A stretch of 62,844 nt of DNA, counting the filler, from Squatina squatina (taxonomy: Eukaryota), in assembly GCA_031763465.1 (NCBI GenBank). It is 4 parts of 3 records of this genome, joined end to end, with 100 filler letters (N's around TTAATTAATTAA, not from the genome) between each part and the next. Parts side by side here need not be neighbours in the genome. Positions count along the whole stretch, not along the records: positions 35,384 to 47,992 come from JARFOE010000234.1; positions 48,093 to 62,844 come from JARFOE010000192.1; 2 more parts are not named here. One strand, 5' to 3'. The notes under the pieces were generated by a model. It was not told where the DNA came from. It ran no database searches and saw only the letters and a list, made by a program, of their open reading frames with translations. Made by a program: the position numbers and the translations under genes. Each line of letters starts with the position of its first letter. Position 1 is the first letter of the stretch. Shown one piece after another: positions 37,399-49,390 of this stretch.

Positions 37399-38230
37399 GG
37401 GTAGAGTTTTCGCCCAACATTGGCGTAACCTGCACAAACGATCACGGAATTTTAAGCATAAATTACATTCAGTGCAAATCGAGTTTCTTTTGTGCTAGTT
37501 TAAAAAACATGAGCTGAAAGGTGGCCCCGCCCACAAAACTGGCCACGCTCCCAGGGTGAAATAATCACCATTGGGAGTGATGTTGAGTGATTGTGTTTGT
37601 TTGCAGACCTTCGAGGAGACTCTAAAAACGAAACTTGTTCTGTTGGGTGCGATTTAAAAGCTTTTGAATGTAATTGTTTTTCAATTTACTAAGAAACTGA
37701 CTACTGTACCCCAATATAATCATGAAATGGTTCTGTATANNNNNNNNNNNNNNNNNNNNNNNNNNNNNNNNNNNNNNNNNNNNNNNNNNNNNNNNNNNNN
37801 NNNNNNNNNNNNNNNNNNNNNNNNNNNNNNNNNNNNNNNCCTTGATCTATTTAAGAGTGGTAAACTGGTGCAGTTTGGTTAATACAGCTGAAAATGGGTT
37901 TATCACAAAAAATAAGCAATTTCTAGTGCACCTGAGTAACCCGATTTTGAATAATTGAAAATGACTTTAAAAAAAATAAACAGAGCTACTTGCTCGTTAT
38001 ATTGGGGTACAGTGGTCAGTTTCTTAGTAAATTAAAAAAAATTATATTCAAAATCTTGTAAAAGATGCCTATCAGTGTTCTTGCACCCAAAAGAACCAGC
38101 TCAATTTTAGAAACTCAACCTGAGCAGAATGTAATGTGTGCTTAAAATTCTGCGATCTTTTGCGCTGGTTTGACTGATTTAGGTGAATTGCGTGGAATAA
38201 AGCAGCGCAACCAAGCGTAAACTCTACCCC
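37399..38230. mobile_element. Foldback/MITE-like element with long imperfect inverted arms
   Basis: Termini GGGTAGAGTTT...AAACTCTACCCC. 37677-37720 is the near reverse complement of 37997-38040. The centre is a gap. Confidence 0.75.
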
Positions 38231-39886
38231 AGTATCAAATTAATTTAGCAGCAGCACAGATACCAATAACAGTTAGCTCTGCTGATCATTTTTGAAATGA
38301 GTTGCGCTACTAAATTTGATGATGCTGGCCCTGAATTTGCTCAAGGAATGAGATGGACTGCAGGCCTAATTGGGACAGGCTTGCAACCTCGGAGAGGTGG
38401 AAAATTGGGAGGGAGCCTGTATTGCCGGGTCTTCACGCCAAAGAAATGAACACCAGGATATCCTGCGGGGGTGGGCAGCAGTTGCGCCAGCCCCCTTGCA
38501 GCCTGACATAGTAAAAGGGGGCAGGACTGGCAGGATGCCACCAGCCTGGTACCGGAGTTCCTGAGAGTCTTATTTCCTGTGCTCTGAATGTGCTGTACTT
38601 CGGCAAGGTGCACGTTTGCAGCACCTGCCGTGGTTAGATGTCGACCTCACAGGTCAGGTTCATACCCTCGCAGACCGAAGTAACACTTGAGGCACTGGGG
38701 TCAATTCCAACATTTTTACAAATTGTCCAGACTGATCAGTTAGCTTTGCAGGTGCCATATTTCATAGAATGATAGAAACTTACCGCACACAAGGAGGCCA
38801 TTTGGCCTGTCCTGCCTGTNNNNNNNNNNNNNNNNNNNNNNNNNNNNNNNNNNNNNNNNNNNNNNNNNNNNNNNNNNNNNNNNNNNNNNNNNNNNNNNNN
38901 NNNNNNNNNNNNNNNNNNNTATGTACTTTGCTATGGAAGGGCAGTAATAATTGCTACAAATCTAGCATGGTTTACAAATACATATGGAAATGTTATACAG
39001 TAATTGACTGACTTTTGTTAAATGAATGTTTGACTTGTTACCACAGTAAATCTTGATGACAAGGAAAATTATTTCATTTTAATAAAAAAAAAATTACAAG
39101 AAGAAACAGAACTGGAAGTCGCAAATATGTCTAGATAATGGCAATCGAACATCACCCGAGAAGACTATTCCATAAAAACAGGGACAGCAAAAACACTGCA
39201 GATCTGTGAAATCTGAGCAATAATGCTAATATCCAAGACAGGGCAGCAGGTGGCATACTCCATCAGTAGAGCTGGTGTCAGTTGAGAGCAGAGGTACTCG
39301 AATAAATAAATCCAATATTCTGACAAACCACCATTACATTTTTTTTAAACAATTCTTTACTTAATTTCTTGTTGTACTCTTCCTAATCAAATTTTCCATA
39401 AAACTCAGTGGTTCAGAACTGCTGTGGCCAGATGAGCAAGGCAAAGTAGTTTGCGCAAGGCAGTAGGCAACAGTCAAATTTTGGAGGTGCATGCACACAC
39501 CAGCATCTCATAAATCATGAGACAAATTCTTAAAAATCATGAGATTTGGTAAGGAATCATGAGTTGCTATTTTTTTTAAAAACATAGACCAATATAGATT
39601 GACAGTTCAGTTAGAAACCTTATTAGTGTCTTTATTTAATCTTTGGGTGAAACTTTAATTGCATTATTTTGAATTTAATCACGCAATGCTAAAAAAATGT
39701 GGCAAATGTTAGATATATATTAGGTTAACTTGCAAGCTTTATTACATGGCCGGAGTGTGAGCAAAGACACTTCAAATTTCAGGAGCAGAAAGCCTTCCTG
39801 CATTTTGCGCACCAAGATGGTGGAGGGCTTGCCATCAAATTTTAATGATTCAACTCCAGCTGGGATGAAAAAATGTAAAACATTTC

Positions 39887-40238
39887 GGGGCCCCAATTCA
39901 TCTGGGCTTATGCCCGAGTAGCGCCAATTTGCGGCGCTACCTGGGTGTAAAATCAGCATAGAGGCCTAAATTTATAAAATGATTTATTGGGCCCGACGCC
40001 CGACAGCATATAGGCCCTGCTGTCGGACGCACAGTCATAATGTCGCGCGCCAACCCCTCGGCGCCCGCCCACAACCCCCGTGCGCTGCCTCTGGATTTGG
40101 AGGTGGCCTCCCCCACGACGCCACTGGCGCTGGCAACGACAGGTTTCCAGTCATTGCCAGGGGCCCTTAAAGGCGAATGGCATGCACCATCGGTCACCAT
40201 CTTTAAACATTGGCCGACGTTATTGTTGGCCTATGTGT
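39887..40238 (+). mobile_element. GC-rich interspersed repeat, same family as 12270-12606
   Basis: Collinear homology, same GGGGCCCCAATT terminus. Confidence 0.7.
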
Positions 40239-41813
40239 NNNNNNNNNNNNNNNNNNNNNNNNNNNNNNNNNNNNNNNNNNNNNNNNNNNNNNNNNNNNNN
40301 NNNNNNNNNNNNNNNNNNNNNNNNNNNNNNNNNNNNNNCAATACTGGCGCTGTAACTGATCCTGAAAATGAATGCAAGAGCAGTTCAGGCTGATTCCAAC
40401 TTTTCCTCCTTTAGGGAAGCGACTGCCCTCTACTTGGAAAATTGGCATTGCCAATTCACATGTGAAGAACCACATATGAGCTTATTAGAAACTATAAGCA
40501 TAGATTTCCTTACCGTGGAGACACACAAGACAGTAAATAGTTCATGAGAGCTCCTTTAATGAAACTATGTTAACCAGATTTTGTTTCAAGGCCGTCAACT
40601 AATAACAAACCACCAAGAATTACTACAGCATTCGCACTGTGTGCTTTAACCTTTTCAATTCCACACTGATCGATAAGGTAAATTCACCGATCCTGCACTC
40701 CCAGCAGGAGACCATGCTCAAAAGGAGGGTGGGTCAAAAACGGGTGGTTTTGAGTCGGCTGAGATGCCAACATTATTTAAATCTCAAACTTCATCCCAAC
40801 CCGCCTCCAACCACCCACTTCTGGGACTAACGGAGGTGGACCAAGGGGCGGGAACTTCCATGCCAGAAGTTCCAACATTCCCAACCTCAGTGGGACCATG
40901 CATAAAGTTGATGCTTGGTACAGCCCGTGAGATGAGGCAATTTGGCTCAAGCAAGCCTGTCGTTTTTATAGTGCAAGTAGGAGCCATGTGCCAGTCCAGT
41001 CGAGGGAAGTGGCCTGGACCCCTAAAGGATTTCTGCCCTTTACTGAGGGGGCCAAAGGGGCAGAAACATAGTTTCACCAAGGGTACCTGGGTTGCAGGTG
41101 CCAGGTTTGTCTGCCATGTCGGGCGAGATGCACCCCAGAGTGGTGCAGGCACCCACTGGGCCCATGCAAATGAAGTGCCCTCCTACTACAGTGGGGCACT
41201 GTTGGAGGACACCAGCAGGCACATTCCCAGCAACACAGCTGGGATTAAATCCTGTGCAATTTTAGTGCCCATATATTTAACTAGAATATTTGGAATCATT
41301 TTAAAACAATTATTCGTAAAGTTTACCCTAATTCTTACTTGTCAGAACACATACATTCTTTATCCAGCGGATTAGAATTAAGGAAAAAAAGACTTGCATT
41401 TATATAGTGCCTTTCACAACCTCAGGATATTCCAAAGCACTTTACTGCCAATGGAGTAATTTTGAAATGTTTTCACTGTTGTGATGCAGGAAACACGGCA
41501 GCTAATTTGTGCACAGCAAATCCATGAAGATAAGAATTTTTAGGAAGAACAATAAGCAATTAAGCCCAAACAAACCTGTCATTTTCATACAAAAGCAAAA
41601 CACTGTGGATGATGGAAATCTGAAATAAAAACAGAAAATGCTGAAACTCTGACAAAGGGTCATCAACCTGAAGCGTTAACTTTGTTTCTCTCTACACAGA
41701 TGCTGCCTGACCTGCTGAGTATTTCCAGCATTTTCTGTTTTTATAAATAGTTATTGTTAGCTAATGTGAAATTCTGCAGGCCAGTGAAGGTGATTATTTT
41801 CTGCAGATCTTAC

Positions 41814-41936
41814 TTGCGTGACACTTTGAATGAAGATTTCTTTTGGCTCTTCTCCGTTTGGATCAGATACTTCAAAATGGTCTCCAAAGTCGCAGAACAC
41901 ACGGCAGCACACTCCATATACATCAGCACTGATGAA
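41814..41936 (-). CDS. UBA6: UBA6 exon (FISADVYGVCCRVFCDFGDHFEVSDPNGEEPKEIFIQSVTQ)
   Basis: 123-nt phase 0-0 exon, cttctag|...CAA|gtaaga. Matches recalled UBA6 FISADVHG..RLFCDFGDEFEV.D..GEEPKEIFI. Confidence 0.95.
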
Positions 41937-42870
41937 CTAGAAGAGGAAATGCACAAAATTCCCATCCATAAATCTTAGAGGCCCACAGAAGCATTTGAAG
42001 GTCAAAGATAAAAGGAACAAGTTCCTGATTTCCTTCAGACTGTGACCTATTGTGCACATGGACACAGGTTATGGTTCTACATCGCAGTTTGCAATTTTTT
42101 TTGCAGTCAGAGTATTAGTCCTTGGTTCAAGGAACACAAATCAGATTTGTGAGCTTTAACCCAATAAAGCCAGGATCTCCCAATGTCAAATCGAATCTGT
42201 TCCAAGATGAATATGGAAGTCTGGGACAACGCGAGAGGCAAGCACAAACGAAGAACAGAGACAGGGAAGAAAAGAGATACAAGAAAGCTAATTCGAAAGA
42301 AAACTGATTGACGTCAATTTTTTTGAATTATTTGTTCTCAGGATGTGGATGGCACTGGCAAGGTAGGATTTATTGCCCAACTCTAATTGACTTGAGAAGA
42401 TGGTGGTGGGCATTCTCCTTGAACTATTGCAGACCTTGATGTTCAGTAAGCCAGAGATGAAACATAATTGTATGTAAAAGACTACATCAGAAACATTCTA
42501 CAAGTTCAGTCTGACCAGGACCTGCTAAATATTTTGAAGTAAAATTTCTTCAATGCAATTTTATTTTTGGATGATTTTATGGTTTTGGTTGGTTTTCCTC
42601 ACAGGACAGAAAGGTTGCTACATTGTGTTACCGGTTTGTATTTTAATGGCTCTTGTTACATTGCACATTTTGGTGCCGGATCAATATAACCCCATCATAC
42701 ATCACTTCATCAGGATCAGTGCTGCATATCAGATTCTAGACAGGCAAGGTAACGCATTCCACATTGGCCNNNNNNNNNNNNNNNNNNNNNNNNNNNNNNN
42801 NNNNNNNNNNNNNNNNNNNNNNNNNNNNNNNNNNNNNNNNNNNNNNNNNNNNNNNNNNNNNNNNNNNNNT

Positions 42871-43154
42871 AAGGATACGGGGTAAGCCATTTAGGACTGA
42901 GATGAGGAGAAATTTCTTCACCCAGAGAGTGGTGAACCTGTGGAATCCTCTACCACAGAAGGCAGTTGAGGCCAAATCATTAAATATATTCAAGAAGGAG
43001 TTAGATATAGTTCTAATTGCTAAAGGGATCAAGGAATATGGGGAGAAAGCAGGGACAGGGTACTGAATTTGGATGATCAGCCATATTGAATGGCGGAGCG
43101 GGCTCGAAGGGTCGAATGGCCTACTCCTGCTCCTATTTTCTATGTTTCTATGTC
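42871..43154 (+). mobile_element. CR1 (HER1-like) LINE 3' end, young
   Basis: RIRGKPFRTEMRRNFFTQRVVNLWNPLPQKAVEA plus (TTCTATGT)n tail. Further copies at 56405-56577, 57704-57967, 58637-58821 and 4847-4874. Confidence 0.93.
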
Positions 43155-43589
43155 TCATGAGTAACCTTCATAACTTACCAAAATCAATAAATGTTGTTTA
43201 AAAATGAAACAGACATGCACAAATGCCTCTGCCAAATAAATCTGAGATGGAAATGGATTTATGAAGAGATTGCAGAATTGCAACTGCTTTAAACATGAAC
43301 CCTGCATTTGAAGCCAAGAAGATTCCATGCATTAGATGTTTGGTAAACAAGTTATTGTAGTTCTAGGAATGCTGGAATCTGATTTGAAACAGTCACAGAG
43401 GTAAAGTTAATGCATAGGCAGTACATAAAATGGGAGTTACTATTTTGCCCATTTGAAAAAACATCCAAAGCAATGAATAACTTTGCTCTGTATGTTTTCT
43501 GGGAGCTTGGGTACATTAACGTGTGCTGAAAATAACACTCCAATCAGAAGTCACCTTCAAGAGCACTGCTTAAACCACAAATTCCTCCA

Positions 43590-44074
43590 GCTGAAGATTG
43601 GAAAGTCCAAAGGCATCATCTTCAGACCCCCACTACAAACTCTGTTCCCTCGCTGCTGACTCCAATCCCCTCCATGGCCACTGTCTCAGGCTGTACCATA
43701 TTGTTTGCAACCTTAGCATCCTATTTAACCTTGAGCTGAGCTTCCAGCCTTGTATCCTCTTCATCGGGGGAATTACAGAACTTACTTCCACATCTGTAAC
43801 ATTGCTCATCTCCACTCCTACCTCAGCCCAACTGCTACTGAAACCCTCGTCCATCCATGTCTTTGTCACACCCAGACCATACAATTCCAAAACTCTCCTG
43901 GCTGGCCTCCCCATTTGCACCCTCTGTAAACTTCAACTCATCCAAAACTCTGCTTCATTTTTCTAATCCTGCATGAATCCACTCACCCGTCTCCCTGTCC
44001 TCAATGCCTACATTGGCTCTTGGTCAGCCAACACCTCAAATCTAAAATGATCATCCTTGTACTTAAATCCCTTC
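43590..44074 (+). mobile_element. L2 LINE ORF2 C-terminal fragment
   Basis: IHVFVTPRPYNSKTLLAGLP..LCKLQLIQNSA resembles the L2 IHAFVTSRLDY.N.LL.GLP..LQL.QN.A motif. Confidence 0.85.
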
Positions 44075-44594
44075 NNNNNNNNNNNNNNNNNNNNNNNNNN
44101 NNNNNNNNNNNNNNNNNNNNNNNNNNNNNNNNNNNNNNNNNNNNNNNNNNNNNNNNNNNNNNNNNNNNNNNNNNCAGAGAGGTACAGAGTGGGGATCAGA
44201 TACTTCCCAGAAGGAGGGAAAGACTTCAGATATTGAGTCTACCTGGGCCACTGGTACATACCTTTTAGTGCGCGGTTATGGAGAGGTCTTGGAGTAGGAC
44301 GTGTGATGCAGAGTCACCTACAGAAAGGGCAATTGAATTTTAGCTTCAATGAGGGAAGCAAAGCAGTTAAAACAGTAGCCAACTGAACTACAAAAGCCAT
44401 CCAGAAATTGAACCACTTAGTCTAATTACAAGGGAATATGACTGAAAGAATTTTTTATGTCAGTAAGAGTATGAAGGTATTCTATTCATGGGTGCTGACT
44501 GTTACGAAAGAGCAATATTAAGTTCTAATTAAAATGTTTTTTCTCTAATAATTAAGTATTGAAACTAAATGTTATACTTTGCTATTTTTTCTAG

Positions 44595-44872
44595 TATTCT
44601 CTAAAGATGCAGATTCAAGATGTAGTAAGAATTACATTCCCAAAGTGCGAATGAAAACCTTAAAGATGACTATTGTCCTTGTGACCACCTTTATCATTTG
44701 CTGGACCCCGTACTACATCCTGGGATTTTGGTACAATTTTTTCCCTGCCATGATAAACAAGAAGGAACTTCCTGAATCAATCAACCATGCGCTGTTTACT
44801 TTTGGGATGCTGAACAGTTTTGTGGATCCAGTGATTAGCCGTATTGGTTATCTCAGGCTCAGCAATGGCTGA
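44595..44872 (+). CDS. GnRH receptor paralog, last exon (ICL3-TM6-ECL3-TM7), divergent
   Basis: Acceptor ttttttctag, phase 1. Encodes RCSKNYIPKVRMKTLKMT...FIICWTPYY...LPESINHALFTFGMLNSFVDPVISRIGYLRLSNG*. AATAAA at 45041. Confidence 0.92.
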
Positions 44873-46529
44873 TGCAGTGAGCTAAGATTATACTAGGCAC
44901 ATGTAAAGTAAGAAAAAGGCAGTTGTCTAACAATGCCTTGAAATCCTCCTGGTCAATTAATTGTGAACGTTAGCACTTAGAATCGTTATTTACTCCCATT
45001 TTCCCCGAGAATGTTTCCTATCTTCGGTGGGCCGCTAAGCAATAAATGACAAGTTAATAAGCTTGTGATGGTAATGTGCAGCAGCTGAGTGCTGTTGGAA
45101 AAAAGGGTGTTAAATGTCAGTCAACTTGCGTGATCTTCTGGATGATATATTAAAGGTTTCACTTATTAGTCTTTTCCCTTTTCCATAGTGAAACTGGTGA
45201 AGGAGACTCACTGGCCTCTTCAGCTGTCCAGTGAAGATTTGTGTAGCTACTTATTGCTGTGTACTCAGCTAGAAGAAACACTTTTCAGCTCAGGCACCTC
45301 TGGATTAACATCCAAACCAACCCAAAGTGCTTACATGCTCGTTAACACATAGAACTGCTCCAGGATGCACACACTAAATTATTGGAGTGGTCTATTTCTG
45401 GTGGAAATAGACCTTAAACAAGTCTTCATGGGAAGGAAAGTTAATCACTGAATTGAAGGTATCGCCTACTGGGTACGAGATAAGTTTTTTTAACATAATG
45501 CGTGAGAGATAATACTCCTTTTAGGCTTTCATTCTCCTTTTACTCTAGTTAGTGTGGATCAACACAGTCCTGCCACACTTTTAAAGGGTTAATCAAGGAT
45601 TGTATTTTTTGGCTAAAAGTATCAATACCCTCCAGCCTCATTATAACTAAAGCCCATAGGAGCTAAATACTTGTAATATTTATAATGAAATACATGTTCC
45701 ACAACATAAAATGAAACATAAATACATTTGGGTGCCAGTGTTAACAGATGTAGTGTTACAACAACAACAAAAACAACTTGCATTTACATTGCACCTTTAA
45801 TGTAGTAAAATGTTCCAAGTCGCTTCACTGGAGTGTAATCAGACAACATTTAACACTGAGCCGAAGAAGGAGACATTAGGACAGGTGAGTAAAAGCTTGG
45901 TCAAAGAGGTAGTTTTTAAGCAGCACTGGAAAGGAGGAGAGAGGTGACTAGGCAAAGAGATTTGGGAAGGCCTTCAGTTAATCATGGTTGAATTTAAACC
46001 TTTCCTTTCTCACCTGCTAGCTATGCAATTGCACAAAAGTATTGTATTTATTCTTAATTCTTTGAGATCCTTCTGTCAGGGGATTTTGACTCTTATTTTG
46101 CCTGGGAAGGCTCACCCAATAATATGATCATTAGGCCTGTCTGAATGACATTGCTAACTAATACAGGATTACGAACAGCTTTTTGTTAGAAACAGGATTT
46201 AGACTGCCCAAATTCATTTGGATTTGAGCTCCGTTTCCAGATTGGAGAGGGCCATGTCTACTCCACTGTGCCACCTAGTTTCCCCCAGAAAATATACTTC
46301 TAATACTGATTGCCCCATTCTGATGAACACTTTCATCCCTTTTATTTTAAGCTGTAATGATAAGAATGAAACACAATAATTATTTTTATATTATCTGAAG
46401 GATAAAGGAGCTGGAAAAAGCATCATAGTGGTTGGAACCTGGAATAAAGAAGAGCACATCGCATGGGCTGCAAAAAATTCAGCAAGGTCTTATCAATGGA
46501 GAGAAGATGGAACACAGAAAGTGAGGTAA

Positions 46530-46818
46530 ACTTGCAGGATTGTAATATACAATAACTCACTGGTTAGGCCTCAACTGGAGTATTGTGGACAATTCTGGGC
46601 ACCAGATGCAAAGGCTGTAGAAACGGTGCAGAGGAGGTTTACCAGGATGTTACGAGGGATGAGGGACTTCAGCTATGAGGAGAGGTTGGAAAAGTTAGGA
46701 CTCCTTGGAAGAGAGAAGGTTAAGAGGTGACCCAATAGAGGTTTTCAAGACAATGAAAGGTTTTGATGAGAGAAAAATTAGACTCTGGTGATTGGATCAA
46801 TAACCAGAGATCATAGAT
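46530..46818 (+). mobile_element. CR1 LINE RT C-terminal fragment
   Basis: LVRPQLEYCGQFWAP...VQRRFTRM..GMRDFSYEERLEKLGL. Confidence 0.9.
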
Positions 46819-47069
46819 NNNNNNNNNNNNNNNNNNNNNNNNNNNNNNNNNNNNNNNNNNNNNNNNNNNNNNNNNNNNNNNNNNNNNNNNNNNNNNNNNN
46901 NNNNNNNNNNNNNNNNNNATGGTCGGTATGAGTGCCAGGGATTTCACAGCACTTCTGGGGTTCTGTGTCTGAGCTGAGAAATGAAACTGTTAATAGACTA
47001 AGAGCAGCAAAATAGCTGGAGCAGTGAACAATGCATCATTAAAAAACAAGTGTCACAATTAAGAATGCA

Positions 47070-47314
47070 TTAAAGAGAAAAGTACCCATAAATAAGTGGA
47101 TCAAAGCAAGGATTTAGTAACCCAAAGACAAATAAGAAATGATTGATAGGTTCAGGCAACTTATTGTGCAGATCTGGATCAAACCAGTACCAAATTCCCA
47201 TGAGGTAGTATGGAGTCCAGCAGATGATGAAAGAAGTGACAAATGCAATGGTCATTTTTATTGTTTTCATGCGAGCTTGTGGTAAGACATTCCTCGATCG
47301 GTTGAGGTCCATCT
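47070..47314 (-). CDS. GNRHR: Type I (mammalian-type, tail-less) GnRH receptor, last exon
   Basis: 245-nt coding exon after tttattttacag, phase 1. CWTPYY motif; ends NPCFDPLIYGYFSL* as in mammalian GNRHR. Same strand as neighbouring UBA6, as in human. Confidence 0.97.
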
Positions 47315-47992
47315 CTGTAAAATAAATATTTTGACAAATTCAGCACCTCCTGAAGTAACATGGAGGTCAGCAGTGAACACCAAAATGCACAATATGGTAA
47401 ATAAGGCATATAGTGTTGGTGTGGTTCTAAAGTAGCGTTGAAGAAGAACATTGAACAATCCCGAGTGTAAACCAACTGGAAAACCAGCTGTTCGCAATCG
47501 AATATATTTTCTGACATGTACATTCATCTTCCTGGACTGCTCCATTCTTCCTCGACATTGCAGTGGCACTATCCAGCTCCATCCCTACTCCTGCACACAA
47601 AATGCAACACTGTACATGCTGAAAAGAAAATGAGATTGTTTGATGCTGTTGTAGAACTTTCTAGTTTTTGGTCTTTCAGTGCTGGGACCTGGGATTGAAT
47701 CGAGCCCGGACTGATAGAATGAAAGTGCCCTCTTGTCTATAAGGGCACTATGGGAAATGAGTTTGAGCTGTCTCCACCTAGTCAGGATTGGCATTGCACA
47801 TGGGTCAAATTCCTACACCAGAAAGCACTGTGGCTGCAGTGGGAAATAGAATGGTCACACTGGTTTCTGTCTCTCCTCTTTCCCTTCTGTTTCTGTGTTT
47901 TTCTAATCCTTCTTAAATTTTGCTGTTTTTATCTTTCTCACTCCCCACCTCCCCCCCACCCAATTTGTCTCTGTAAAAATGTTTCCCCTATT

Positions 47993-48092
47993 NNNNNNNN
48001 NNNNNNNNNNNNNNNNNNNNNNNNNNNNNNNNNNNNTTAATTAATTAANNNNNNNNNNNNNNNNNNNNNNNNNNNNNNNNNNNNNNNNNNNN
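47993..48092. other. Artificial scaffold spacer (44N-TTAATTAATTAA-44N)
   Basis: Linker at 48037-48048. Confidence 0.97.
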
Positions 48093-49084
48093 TAGTGGTC
48101 ACGGACACGCTGCAAGACCAAAGGTAGGAGCTTGCAAAATGTTTTGACTGAGCAAAAAGGTTGTACACGATGAATCTTGCAACTGAGGTATTGAGGAAGC
48201 TTCAGTTGAAGTGTTTTTAAGAAACCGACTTCTTGACTTTTGACTGGCCATTTGACCACAGGGCAGTTTTTAAACTTAAAAGTGGGTTGTTGCTGCATAG
48301 ATAAATTTTCAGATAAATGAAATTCCTGTCACTGTGAGGAATAGCCTGAATCAAAAGCTCATCATGTTAAAAGTGTATTGCATTTTCTGCTGGGTGTCAT
48401 AACGGAGATGGAGAGGTTAGTGTTATGTTTGCTTGCAATGCCAATCTGATCAAATGCATGCACATTGCACACTCCATATATTTCAGTCTGTCCGCACTGT
48501 TAGGGCCACTGAGGGATTTCAGCAATGAGCAAATCTTCAGAAATGGGTAAAAATTTTCTCAAGCACATAATTCATTAATAAATACCTCTCAAAAATTATG
48601 AGGCATAACTGATGAAAATGTTATAAATATAAAAGCATTGGGAGTTATGAAGAAAGCCTTCTCGTGCCTCTGGACTATCCACTGGACTGCTCAGCTCATG
48701 CCTTGAACTTCCAGAGGGTGGAGAACAAGGCTCAGATGTATCATTATGAAATTTTACTGTTACGAATATTTGACAGGGTTTAACAATTTAGAAGAAATTT
48801 TCCAACTGTGTGCTTCCGACTGCGAGCCTCATCTGCTGGAAGTTCACAATGAAAATATCAGATGTGCCGTGTGTATGACTTCCCAAAACATTAATGGGCA
48901 GGTTGGGAGTGTGCCTTGATGGGCGAGGAAAAGGGGGTAAAGTAGCAGAGGTTGGAGATGAGGTGAAGGTTTGCAAGCACAGAGGATTCAAGGTGAGTTT
49001 TTTGAGGCGGGACAAGTGAGGACGGCAGTTTTGAAAGTGAGGCGGACAGTATCAGAAGAGAGGGAACCATTTACAATGTCAGCA

Positions 49085-49390
49085 AGCATCCTCGTGTTTA
49101 AATCAGTTCATGGCCATGTGCCTCCATATCTCTGTATCTCTTCCAGCTCTACAACTCTCTGAGAAGTCTGTGTTCCTCCAACTCCGGCCTCTTGTGCATT
49201 CCCGCTCCCTTTTTCCCACTAATGGCAGCCATGCCTTCAACCACCTAGGCCCACATTGTGGAGTTCCCTCCCTAAAGCCCATCGCTTCTGCACCTCCATC
49301 TTTAAAACCCTGATTAAAACCCAGCTCTTTGATCAAGCTTTTATTAACCCCTCCTAATATCTCACTCGGTGTCAAGTTTTGTCTGATTAT
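49085..49390 (+). mobile_element. L2 LINE 3' fragment
   Basis: ILVFKSVHGHVPPYL motif; homologous to the reverse complement of 32050-32370. Confidence 0.75.

Noticed and set aside
40764-41375. 203-aa ORF
   Set aside because: Lies antisense in a UBA6 intron over GC-rich repeat-like sequence; no motif or splice support.
42606-42748. Exon-like segment (cacag|...AAG|gtaacg) as a missing GnRHR exon
   Set aside because: No frame resembles GnRHR TM1-5 or UBA6.
47179-47620. Minus-strand ORFs upstream of the GNRHR last exon as exon 2
   Set aside because: No TM5/ECL2 motifs (CVTH, YNFFTF); treated as intron.
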